Shown: positions 49,204-57,879, counted from the first letter of the stretch. The stretch is 64,000 bases of DNA from a virus (IMGVR_UViG_3300028393_004061:14189-78188); one strand, 5' to 3'. Numbers and translations: made by a program. The notes: generated by a model from the sequence alone, not told the origin.

Positions 49204-49941
49204 TTATTCAATTTCTGGATTAGGCATTCTTTTTCGATTATAAAATTTTCCCTTTTTATCTTTTTCATCATTTTGCTTGGATACTTTAGCTGCTAAACCA
49301 CGAGCTTGGTGTCCAGCATCATCGGGAATATCTTTCCCAGTACGAAGATAATCGAATAGAGGATGAAAAACCTTATTTTTATATCTCCATAAATCTTTAG
49401 GCATTATTTGAAGCTCACATTGCATACCATCTATATTCAAATCAATATGATACGATCCACGCCAACCAGTTTTATCTTTTTCAATTTTACCTGTTTTTGG
49501 ATTTTTAATATTTCCGACATCATCTTTAGCCTCATAACCAACAGCAGTTATGTTTTTAGGAAATAAAGGATCATGTTTAAACTTACTATTTAAAAAAGCT
49601 GTAATTTCTTTAGATTGTTCTTTGGTATCCGTTACAATTGTAGCACGAAGAATATCACCTATGCCTTCAACTCCTCTTCCTTTGTCTCTCATTTTTCTTT
49701 CAATTGAACTTTTCGACTTTATGTCCATAATAACTTCACCTTTATCGCCAACGAACCTTTTTTTTACCATATTAAGAATATCTTCAAATTTCATATATCT
49801 ATCTTTTGCCATTTCTATGGCATGATCAGCATCTTTAGGAATCTCTTTAAAAACATCATGTATTTTGTATGGTAATTTTGGTAAAACTGCATCACTTATA
49901 ACTTTTCTGTTCAACCATTCCATAAAAGATAATGTCGCCAT
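49204..49941 (-). CDS. RelA/SpoT-like small alarmone synthetase / pyrophosphokinase
   Basis: KSKSSIERK, DILRATI, GWRGSYH and ELQI correspond to Syn1-4; start revised to MATLSFMEWL. Confidence 0.75.
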   Translation of the reverse strand: MATLSFMEWLNRKVISDAVLPKLPYKIHDVFKEIPKDADHAIEMAKDRYMKFEDILNMVKKRFVGDKGEVIMDIKSKSSIERKMRDKGRGVEGIGDILRATIVTDTKEQSKEITAFLNSKFKHDPLFPKNITAVGYEAKDDVGNIKNPKTGKIEKDKTGWRGSYHIDLNIDGMQCELQIMPKDLWRYKNKVFHPLFDYLRTGKDIPDDAGHQARGLAAKVSKQNDEKDKKGKFYNRKRMPNPEIE

Positions 49942-50033
49942 TATAATCTCCATTTAAACATTTAATTTATATATTATGGTTATAAACATTTTTAATTTCA
50001 TATATAATACATTAATCTTTTATAAGAGGTGTT

Positions 50034-50210
50034 ATGTTTTACGAAGATCAAAAAAAAATCAGTGACGAAAATTGGCTCAATAGTCTAAAAAGACAAATGG
50101 GTCATAAAGAATATATCGATGTACCAGAAAAAAAATCAGGTAAAAAACCAATAATTGAAAATAAAAATAGACAAGATGAAGTAAAGAAAAAATCCATATA
50201 CGATTGGTAA
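50034..50210 (+). CDS. 58-aa protein, N-terminally paralogous to 50380 (absent from the ORF track)
   Basis: MFYEDQKKISDENWLNSLKRQMG vs MYYKDQTKLSEKEWMESVMSQMG; GAGGTG SD. Confidence 0.75.
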   Translation: MFYEDQKKISDENWLNSLKRQMGHKEYIDVPEKKSGKKPIIENKNRQDEVKKKSIYDW

Positions 50211-50379
50211 AAAGTCTAAGGCATAAGCCCCCCAATATTAAAAATTCATGCCTAACTGTAAAAATTGTGAAAATAATCTCTCCAATTTGCAAACAATTTT
50301 GACATTAAGATTATATCTTGAAATTTTATATGATCATTCAATACATAATATAACCTAAAGCAACACAATAAGGATTACA

Positions 50380-50796
50380 ATGTACTATAAAGATCAAACT
50401 AAATTGTCGGAAAAAGAATGGATGGAAAGCGTCATGAGTCAAATGGGATTCAAGACAATAAATGAAGATCCAGCACCTTACCAAAACCAAGGATCTATAG
50501 AGCCACAAGAATATACTCCAAAAAAAATGAAGCCAAGATATGTTATGCCTAAAACAGATCCTATTGTAGCGTTATCAGAAAAATCTGCTTCTATTATGAA
50601 AATTTTAAATAAATCAAAAAATACTATGCCAACAGATATTTACGATTTGTCTTCTTTACTTTCTAATATTAAAGGCATGTTTGAATTAATTCCAACTCTT
50701 AAAATAGAAATAGAAAAAACGAAACAAGAAATAAACTCTTCTCAACAACAACAATCGAACAGCCAAATGTCTGGTATGTTTGATGCAAAGAAATAA
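50380..50796 (+). CDS. Hypothetical protein
   Basis: AAGGA SD; the frame stays open past the TAA to 50907. Confidence 0.75.
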   Translation: MYYKDQTKLSEKEWMESVMSQMGFKTINEDPAPYQNQGSIEPQEYTPKKMKPRYVMPKTDPIVALSEKSASIMKILNKSKNTMPTDIYDLSSLLSNIKGMFELIPTLKIEIEKTKQEINSSQQQQSNSQMSGMFDAKK

Positions 50797-50937
50797 AAAC
50801 CTTCGATTTCGAAACCAACAATGAATGTAAAAACTTTGGATCAGAATGACGATCCTCATGATTCTGTGAAACCTTATGATACTACCGCTTGGCAAGACTG
50901 GGAGTAGAAAATTTTGGACATTAAATTACAAAACAAT

Positions 50938-51333
50938 ATGAAATTCAAGGAATTCTTTGAATATGACATATCGAATATGATCAAAGGCATAGCCAGAAAA
51001 TTCAGCTATGGAACCTATTGTGGACCTAATAAAATAGGAGATATCGTTTCCAAGCCATGCAATATACATGACAACGGAGAAAAATTAAAACCACCCAAAG
51101 ATAAACTTGATTCACTTTGCATGAAACATGATATAGATTATTGTAAGTGCGGAGATGATTGGACTGCTGGACTTATTGGTAACAAAGGATCTGAATGCAG
51201 CAGAGAAGCAGACAAGAACTTTATCGATAAGTTAAATGCAAATATGGAATCAATGGGCAGTAAAGAAAGATTTGTAGCTAACCTAATATTGAGCTACTTC
51301 AAAGTACATGGGAATCTACAAAAAATGATTTAA
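50938..51333 (+). CDS. Phospholipase A2-like protein
   Basis: YGTYCGP Ca-loop, DSLCMKHDIDY catalytic His-Asp and ADKNF; start revised to ATG 50938. Confidence 0.8.
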   Translation: MKFKEFFEYDISNMIKGIARKFSYGTYCGPNKIGDIVSKPCNIHDNGEKLKPPKDKLDSLCMKHDIDYCKCGDDWTAGLIGNKGSECSREADKNFIDKLNANMESMGSKERFVANLILSYFKVHGNLQKMI

Positions 51334-51388
51334 AAAAAACTTATTTATATTTTGCATATTCTTATTTAATAGTGACATGTTGTTTACC

Positions 51389-51610
51389 TTAAGTTTTTTT
51401 TTCTTTAATGTTGCCTGTGTTTTCAATATCAAAAGTAGGATTTGGCAAAAATCTAAACTGAAGACTACGAAAATGACGAAGTTTACCATCAACATTAGAA
51501 ACTATAGCAAATACATCATTTGAAAACACACCTCCATCCCTAACATAAACAAGCATTCCATAACCTAAAGAAGTTTCTACAGGCATTGGATTTCTGAATT
51601 CGTAAATCAT
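51389..51610 (-). CDS. Small phage hypothetical protein
   Basis: Coupled to the upstream HNH gene. Confidence 0.65.
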   Translation of the reverse strand: MIYEFRNPMPVETSLGYGMLVYVRDGGVFSNDVFAIVSNVDGKLRHFRSLQFRFLPNPTFDIENTGNIKEKKT

Positions 51611-52143
51611 TTAATTCTCCCGAATTCACCATGGATTTTCTTTCGTGCTTTTATAGAGACTTTGATAGCATCTTCTAGTTTTTCATGAAGTCCAAAGTTA
51701 CATAATTTTCCATTAAGTCTTATTCTGACTTCCCATTTACCGCTTGCTTTATGCCAAAAGATTCCTTTGTGACCAGAAGTGTTATTTTTTGGTACTTTGC
51801 TGTTGTGCATATTTTGAGAATGGGTAGATTCTCTAAGGTTATCAGGGTTATTGTTTAATGTATCGCCATCTTCATGATCAACTTCTTTATCTGGATCTAA
51901 TTCATTTTGTTTAAGGAGCAATATAATGCGATGAACTATCAGGTCATATCTTTTGCCATTATAAGGAACTTTGATGACCCAATATTTTTTTCCAGTAAGA
52001 ATTCCATTTTCTTTATAAGCCTTCAAAGTGCCAGCTATTTTGGATTTTCTTATCCAAGTTAGACCAGAAGGTGAAGTTGGATTTATTTTAAGGATAGATT
52101 GGATATAGGATAGAGGAATGCCTTTTATAGAATGTAGTTTCAT
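51607..52143 (-). CDS. HNH endonuclease with AP2 domain (copy 1)
   Basis: HR...DHEDGDTLNNNPDNLR...QN plus NNTSGHKGIFWH...W (AP2). Confidence 0.9.
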   Translation of the reverse strand: MKLHSIKGIPLSYIQSILKINPTSPSGLTWIRKSKIAGTLKAYKENGILTGKKYWVIKVPYNGKRYDLIVHRIILLLKQNELDPDKEVDHEDGDTLNNNPDNLRESTHSQNMHNSKVPKNNTSGHKGIFWHKASGKWEVRIRLNGKLCNFGLHEKLEDAIKVSIKARKKIHGEFGRIK

Positions 52144-52289
52144 TTTGTTTTTAGGTTCTGGATTTTTTGTTCTATCGTTTCCATTATCTCTTTGTAGAGA
52201 GGATAATCTTCATTTTTAATTTGTTGTAATATTAAAACTATATGAGGAGTAATTGCAAAGTTCTCAATTAAAGATTCAGAAGTTATCAT
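52140..52289 (-). CDS. 49-aa hypothetical protein between HNH copies (absent from the ORF track)
   Basis: MITSESLIENF...QNLKTK; TAATG and ATGA overlaps at the two ends. Confidence 0.65.
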   Translation of the reverse strand: MITSESLIENFAITPHIVLILQQIKNEDYPLYKEIMETIEQKIQNLKTK

Positions 52290-52837
52290 TATTCATCTCT
52301 CCCAAATTTACCATGAAGTTTCTTTCTTGCTTCTATAGCCACCTTGATTGCATCTTCTAGATTGACATAAAGGCCAAAGTTATAGGATTTACCATTTGCT
52401 CTTATCGTAACTTTCCATTTGCCACTGCCTTTATGCCAATGAACGCCTTTATGACCAGAAGTATTATTTTTTCTTAGTTTGGAGTTTTGACCATTTTGTG
52501 AAATAGTACATTCTCTAAGGTTTTCAATTTTATTGTTTAATGAATTGTTATCTTCATGATCAATACATTTACCTTTTGTAAGATAACCATGGTGTAAAAA
52601 AAAAATAATTCTACTGCATCTTAACTTATATTCTTTTCCAAGATACATAATACCAGCAATCCATGTTTGATATCCACTTTTGGCATTTGTCTTTTTATGT
52701 CCAGCATGGTTGTTATTAAATAAAAATCTTTTATCTTTTCTAGGAAGCCAAGTAAGTCCAGAAGGTGAATCTGGATCTATCTTAAGGATAGATTGAAGAT
52801 ACTTTAAAGGTATGCTTTGTATGGAATGGAGTTTCAT
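52289..52837 (-). CDS. HNH endonuclease with AP2 domain (copy 2)
   Basis: DHEDNNSLNNKIENLR plus AP2 motif. Confidence 0.9.
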   Translation of the reverse strand: MKLHSIQSIPLKYLQSILKIDPDSPSGLTWLPRKDKRFLFNNNHAGHKKTNAKSGYQTWIAGIMYLGKEYKLRCSRIIFFLHHGYLTKGKCIDHEDNNSLNNKIENLRECTISQNGQNSKLRKNNTSGHKGVHWHKGSGKWKVTIRANGKSYNFGLYVNLEDAIKVAIEARKKLHGKFGRDE

Positions 52838-53391
52838 TTATCTCTCCCAAATTCACCATGAAGTTTCTTTCTATTTTCTACAGCAACTTTGATTGCATCT
52901 TCTAGTTTTTCATAAATGCCAAAATAATATCTTTTTTTGTTTATTGATATTCTTACCATCCATTTTTTACAACTTTTATTCCAAACAACATCTGCGTGAC
53001 CAGAATTATTTTTCTTTGATAATCCCTTGTTTTGTTGATTTTCCCAAGAAAACAATTCTCTTAGATTACTAGGATTATTGTTAAGCGAATTGCGATCTAT
53101 ATGATCTATTTCTTTTCCTTCGGTCAAATAACCATTATGTAAAAAAAATACGACTCTGCTCGATATAAAATAATACAATTTTTTGTTGTATATAATTGCT
53201 AATCTAAAGCATTTATATCCATCTTTTTTTGAAATTTGCTTCCACCCAGCCATTTTATTTGCAAATCTGCCATTCCATTTAGTATCTTTTCTAAGAAGCC
53301 AAGTTAAACCAGAAGGACTTTTAGAATCTATTTTGACAATAGATTGAATATATTTTAAAGGTATACCTTTTATGGATTTTAGTTTTTTCAT
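52834..53391 (-). CDS. HNH endonuclease with AP2 domain (copy 3)
   Basis: DHIDRNSLNNNPSNLR plus AP2 motif; start revised by paralogy (MKKLKSIKGIP). Confidence 0.9.
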   Translation of the reverse strand: MKKLKSIKGIPLKYIQSIVKIDSKSPSGLTWLLRKDTKWNGRFANKMAGWKQISKKDGYKCFRLAIIYNKKLYYFISSRVVFFLHNGYLTEGKEIDHIDRNSLNNNPSNLRELFSWENQQNKGLSKKNNSGHADVVWNKSCKKWMVRISINKKRYYFGIYEKLEDAIKVAVENRKKLHGEFGRDK

Positions 53392-53574
53392 TATTTTATC
53401 AATTTTAAAATCGCATTGAGCAGCAATAACAAATTGCCTATTCGGAATCCCCACCTTATGGTAATTCCTCATCCCAATGCGATAAGTGAAAATAACAAAC
53501 TTGAAATTTATTGTCAACACATCTTGCACAACAAAAAAAAATATGTTTCACTAACACCAGAAAGGAATTTTAAA

Positions 53575-53850
53575 ATGATATACCTGTACTCTGGCTTTAG
53601 CTTGCTAATTGGACTTTACTCCCTACCACTCATGATTGATGTCATAAAATCAAAACATGAAACATCACACCTAAGCACAATAAAGAAATTTCTCTACTTC
53701 TTATCGTGCTTCCTTTTCTTGACATTCCCATTCGTAAACTTCGCAGCTTTCCTAGAAGGAGTATTACTACAATCATCATACTCGTCTTATGTCTCAGGAA
53801 TCTATGGGATAATCTTTATATGCTTTTCTTTCATCGATCTTGAAAAATAA
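53575..53850 (+). CDS. Small multi-pass membrane protein
   Basis: AAGGA SD before ATG 53575; three hydrophobic segments. Confidence 0.6.
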   Translation: MIYLYSGFSLLIGLYSLPLMIDVIKSKHETSHLSTIKKFLYFLSCFLFLTFPFVNFAAFLEGVLLQSSYSSYVSGIYGIIFICFSFIDLEK

Positions 53851-53853
53851 AAT

Positions 53854-54369
53854 ATGCCAATAACTCTCGGAACTCTTTCTACCATAAATCAAGACTGTAT
53901 TGTATATTTTCCAAACGCACAAATAACTGTTGGAAACTATTCTGGAATAGCACGAAGAGTTACCTTTCTTTGCGGTGGGCCTATTGACCATGCATCTATA
54001 CACCACCCAACTGTAAGTAACTTTCGATTCAAATCACATTACCCAAATTCCAACTACCCAATAGGAAGAGATAAAGGCCCAATCGAAATAGGATCTGATT
54101 GTTGGATAGGTACAGAATCAATGATATTTGGAGGTACTAATATTGGACATGGATCTATTGTAGGTGCCAGATCAGTTGTAACCAAAGATGTTCCTCCTTT
54201 CGCCATCGTAGCTGGAAATCCCGCTAAAATTATCAGATATAGATTCGAAAAACCAATAATAGATCAATTAATGCAAATACAATGGTGGGATTGGCCTAAA
54301 GAAAAAGTTGAACAAAATATAAATCTACTTGCAGACATAGACCTTTTTTTGAAAAAATATTCTCAATAA
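53854..54369 (+). CDS. Hexapeptide-repeat O-acetyltransferase (CatB/Vat-like XAT family)
   Basis: IGSDCWIG, VTKDVPPFAIVAGNPAKIIRYRF and WWDWP. Confidence 0.9.
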   Translation: MPITLGTLSTINQDCIVYFPNAQITVGNYSGIARRVTFLCGGPIDHASIHHPTVSNFRFKSHYPNSNYPIGRDKGPIEIGSDCWIGTESMIFGGTNIGHGSIVGARSVVTKDVPPFAIVAGNPAKIIRYRFEKPIIDQLMQIQWWDWPKEKVEQNINLLADIDLFLKKYSQ

Positions 54370-54420
54370 AAATACACTTTAGTTGATGATAAATTTTTTT
54401 ACAATAATAATACATAAAAT

Positions 54421-54588
54421 ATGGATACTTTCGAAAACGCATCACCACCACAAGAACAATCTGAAAAAGTTTTAGCTAAATGCTGGAACTGTGAGAAAAA
54501 TATACTATGTACAGAATATATTGTTTGTTGCACTGGAACAATGCTTCATTATTGCGATGTGTGCCTAAATGAAATGATAAAGGTATAA
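54421..54588 (+). CDS. 55-aa Cys-rich zinc-finger-like protein (absent from the ORF track)
   Basis: CWNC...CC...CDVC. Confidence 0.65.
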   Translation: MDTFENASPPQEQSEKVLAKCWNCEKNILCTEYIVCCTGTMLHYCDVCLNEMIKV

Positions 54589-54589
54589 T

Positions 54590-55645
54590 ATGAACTTTAA
54601 AAAATGGCTAATAAAAGAAGAAACTAATTTAGAAAATCCAGATATATGGCATGCAAAATTTCAATCAGGAATCGTCCAACACTTCCTTGGTTTCCTTCAT
54701 GATAACCATATAAACGCCATTAATCCAAATGACATGAAGTTCATCTTAGATGTCATTACTGATAACCCAAAACTCTATCCTCCATCAACTGTAGGCTCAG
54801 GCGAATTCAATAAGGAAACCGCTGCGAGGGATAGCGAAAATATTAAGGCTTTTAACAAAACTAAAGAAAAAATTGCCGAAATAATCTTCAATGCCTACAA
54901 AAGTATGACTCTAGAACAACAAAATCAATACAAGGAACTATTTGAAAATAAATCAAAATCGAATTCATTAAAATCTGCACAAGAAGAAAAAGAAAAAGAA
55001 AAAAACCATACACTTACAATGAAAGAATTGGTCAACATGAGCGACCAAGACTTTGAAGAATTCAAAAAATTAGACCCTAATAAAAAAATGATCATGATGA
55101 AAAAAACATGGCAAAAAAATGCTAACAGAGAAGAATGGAACAACTTAAAAATAGTTCATTGGGCTAGAACAAGTAATGCAATTGATATTATAACTGGAAA
55201 ACTTAAACAAAAAGAATTAAGTGCAACCTATTATCCTCCAAATCAAGATATGTCAAAGATAGGCGGAAACTATTATTCTTTTATTGGTGGATTTGTAGCA
55301 TTTGAACTAAAAGGAAATGTAACTTCTGGATTTTCCATGGATGGAGCAACAGATAATTTTCATGATCCACAAACTAATTCTAGAGTATTTGATATAGTAA
55401 AGTCAAAATCAATGGAAAAAATGGGAGGTAGAGGTTGGACTTTAAAACCTGTGTTCCTAAATGATGGTCATAATGAACTTATCATTCAAGATTATAAAAT
55501 TATAAAGTTGTTAATATATGATTCTAATTTTCATAAGAACATGACAAAACAAGAAGAGCCAGAAGAAGAAAGAAAATCATATGAATATTTAGAAAAATTA
55601 GCTAATGAACAAGGAATACCAGTCGAACATATTAAAACTTCTTAA
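54590..55645 (+). CDS. Hypothetical protein with MNFKKWLIKEE tag (possible distant ART-like C-terminal domain)
   Basis: 351-aa ORF; HW...ELS...HNELII spacing only weakly suggests an ART fold. Confidence 0.7.
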   Translation: MNFKKWLIKEETNLENPDIWHAKFQSGIVQHFLGFLHDNHINAINPNDMKFILDVITDNPKLYPPSTVGSGEFNKETAARDSENIKAFNKTKEKIAEIIFNAYKSMTLEQQNQYKELFENKSKSNSLKSAQEEKEKEKNHTLTMKELVNMSDQDFEEFKKLDPNKKMIMMKKTWQKNANREEWNNLKIVHWARTSNAIDIITGKLKQKELSATYYPPNQDMSKIGGNYYSFIGGFVAFELKGNVTSGFSMDGATDNFHDPQTNSRVFDIVKSKSMEKMGGRGWTLKPVFLNDGHNELIIQDYKIIKLLIYDSNFHKNMTKQEEPEEERKSYEYLEKLANEQGIPVEHIKTS

Positions 55646-55660
55646 AATTAAATTCTAACC

Positions 55661-55668
55661 TATAAATA
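55661..55668 (+). promoter_or_regulatory. T4-type late promoter (TATAAATA)
   Basis: Exact T4 late consensus 5 nt upstream of ATG 55674. Confidence 0.6.
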
Positions 55669-55673
55669 CCTCT

Positions 55674-56531
55674 ATGAAATTTAAAAATTGGCTACTACTG
55701 AACGAAGAAGAAACAAAGAATATTGTTCAAGGACCAATATTGCTTTATCATGCAACCTCAACAGGAGAAGATAATAAAACATTAAATTCTTTTAAAAATG
55801 AAGGTGCTAAACCTATGATGGGTGGAGGATATGGACAAGGTCGTGGACTCTATATGATGTCATTGAAAGGCGGTCCTTACAGTCATGCTAAAAAACTCGC
55901 AGCAGATAAGGTTATTGCAAATGTTAAACATGCAGGTCTTCCTATGGTCGTTTCTATTGAATTCCCATTCATAGATACTAAAGAATGGGATTTAGATCAA
56001 GAAATACATGGTGGTGAGATAATTGAATTTATTCGAAAAATTATAATGTACCAAGGCAGTAAAGGTCTTGCTCCAAAGAATACCATTAAAGTTAATACAA
56101 GTCTAGCTAATGCACCAAAAGATCAGAGTGTGTTGGCTAAAGATACTCCAGATACTGATAGTCGTTATTATCCAACTGCTATAGGCACAAGGAATAAAGA
56201 TGTTAATATCAAATGGAATCCCGGAGTCAAAAGTATGCAGTTTTTAGATAAAGATTCACGAACTATTGATGGAATTGTAAATCAATATGATGACAAAAAA
56301 GGCTATGAAGGTGAAGACGGACATAATGCTGGTAGTGGTGGAATTCTTTCGCCACTGTATCTTAAATACCAAATGGAAAATCCAGAATTTCATCATGCTC
56401 AAGAAGCAAAATTTATCCGAAATAGACTTAAAAGTAATAAAAAAGAACTTGCTATCAAATATGTAGGCAATCAAACTTTCCCAGTCAAATCAATCGAAGT
56501 ATTCAAAGATGGTCAATGGACTACTGTTTAA
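55674..56531 (+). CDS. Putative ADP-ribosyltransferase-fold protein (paralog 1)
   Basis: LYHAT...GQGRGLY resembles the H-G/A-T and G-x-G-x-Y motifs of PARP/diphtheria-toxin-like ARTs. Confidence 0.55.
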   Translation: MKFKNWLLLNEEETKNIVQGPILLYHATSTGEDNKTLNSFKNEGAKPMMGGGYGQGRGLYMMSLKGGPYSHAKKLAADKVIANVKHAGLPMVVSIEFPFIDTKEWDLDQEIHGGEIIEFIRKIIMYQGSKGLAPKNTIKVNTSLANAPKDQSVLAKDTPDTDSRYYPTAIGTRNKDVNIKWNPGVKSMQFLDKDSRTIDGIVNQYDDKKGYEGEDGHNAGSGGILSPLYLKYQMENPEFHHAQEAKFIRNRLKSNKKELAIKYVGNQTFPVKSIEVFKDGQWTTV

Positions 56532-56534
56532 AAA

Positions 56535-57407
56535 ATGAAATTTAAAAATTGGCTACTACTGAACGAAGAAGAAACAAAAAATATTGTTCAAGGACCAATA
56601 TTGCTCTATCATGGAACTTCAACAGGAGAAAATAATCAAACATTAAATTCTTTTAGAAATGAAGGTGCCAAACCTATTGGCGGAGGACATGGACAAGGTC
56701 GTGGACTCTATGTGATGTCACATAAAGATGGTGCGACAACACATGCAATAAAAGTTACGAATAAAGAAATTGATTCAAATGTTGAACATGCAGGTCTTCC
56801 TATGATTGTATCTATTGAATTCCCATCCATAGATACTAAAGAATGGGATTTAGATCAAGAAAAACATGGTGGCGAAATAATAGCCTTTATTCAAAAGTTT
56901 ATAAGACTAAATAACATACAACAAATTCAAAAAGGTATTCCTAAAACAGATACCGCTGCATTTAATACAAATCTAAGTCCAGAAGATAATGCTTATTTAG
57001 ATAAAGATACTTCTGCTGATTCTTATGACTCATCTCATGGAATGAGAAATAAAAATTTAGTTTTTAAGAATAAACGGGGTGGTCAATCTATGCAGATTTT
57101 TAATAGAGGAAAAGTTGAACCTATTGCACCTGCAACTGGAAATTTACCTGCAACTGGGCCTTTTAAAATTATGGCTGGTCCTAATGATTATGAAAGTTGG
57201 TCAAATGTCGATGCTGGTGCAATTCTTTCTCCAGCTTATCTTAGCCATCAAACACAAAATCCAGAATTTCATCATGCTCAAGAAGCAAAGTTTATTCAAA
57301 ATAAAATTAAAAATAAAAAAGATCTATACATCAAATATGTAGGCAATCAAACTTTCCCAGTCAAATCAATCGAAGTATTCAAAGATGGTCAATGGACTAC
57401 TGTTTAA
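56535..57407 (+). CDS. Putative ADP-ribosyltransferase-fold protein (paralog 2)
   Basis: LYHGT...GQGRGLY; ends near-identical to paralog 1, middle divergent. Confidence 0.55.
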   Translation: MKFKNWLLLNEEETKNIVQGPILLYHGTSTGENNQTLNSFRNEGAKPIGGGHGQGRGLYVMSHKDGATTHAIKVTNKEIDSNVEHAGLPMIVSIEFPSIDTKEWDLDQEKHGGEIIAFIQKFIRLNNIQQIQKGIPKTDTAAFNTNLSPEDNAYLDKDTSADSYDSSHGMRNKNLVFKNKRGGQSMQIFNRGKVEPIAPATGNLPATGPFKIMAGPNDYESWSNVDAGAILSPAYLSHQTQNPEFHHAQEAKFIQNKIKNKKDLYIKYVGNQTFPVKSIEVFKDGQWTTV

Positions 57408-57477
57408 AAAATGAAATTAAAATATTCTTATTTACAAAATTGCGATGTGTGCCTAAATAAAATAATAAAGGTATAAT

Positions 57478-57879
57478 ATGAAATTTAAAAATTGGCTATT
57501 AAAAGAAAATTTTGAAAACTTTCCTGAAGGGCCAAGAAAAAAATACGCAATACAAGCTAGTCTTATTTCAAAGTATGATAAAAACATATTGCTAAAAGAT
57601 GATAGTGATGAAGTTGTGGGAATAGCTTCTGTTTGGAAAGAACCAGATACAGCAAATAGTGAAGGTATTCCTGAAGGAAATTACATTAAAATAAGAAACA
57701 TGTCTGTTAAAGAAAAAGGTTTAGGCAAAAAACTATTTCAAATGATTAAAGATTATGCCAAATCTCACAATGCAGGAATTTATTTAAATAGTACTGAAGG
57801 AGCATATGATTTTTACGAAAACCAAGGAATGCATAGGGCAACTGGAGCTAATTATTATTTAACTGCCGATGAAATATAA
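57478..57879 (+). CDS. GNAT-family acetyltransferase with MKFKNWLLKE tag
   Basis: KEKGLGKKL (acetyl-CoA motif A) and AYDFYENQGM. Confidence 0.85.
   Translation: MKFKNWLLKENFENFPEGPRKKYAIQASLISKYDKNILLKDDSDEVVGIASVWKEPDTANSEGIPEGNYIKIRNMSVKEKGLGKKLFQMIKDYAKSHNAGIYLNSTEGAYDFYENQGMHRATGANYYLTADEI

Noticed and set aside
50077-50292. Minus-strand 71-aa hydrophobic ORF
   Set aside because: It overlaps the plus-strand 58-aa gene, which is supported by paralogy and an SD.
53854-54369. Antibiotic-resistance gene (catB/vat)
   Set aside because: The hexapeptide XAT fold is shared by many sugar O-acetyltransferases; the context favours glycan tailoring and nothing in the sequence specifies an antibiotic substrate.
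55674-57407. Diversity-generating retroelement (template/variable repeat)
   Set aside because: No reverse transcriptase in the window, and the differences between repeats are not confined to adenines.
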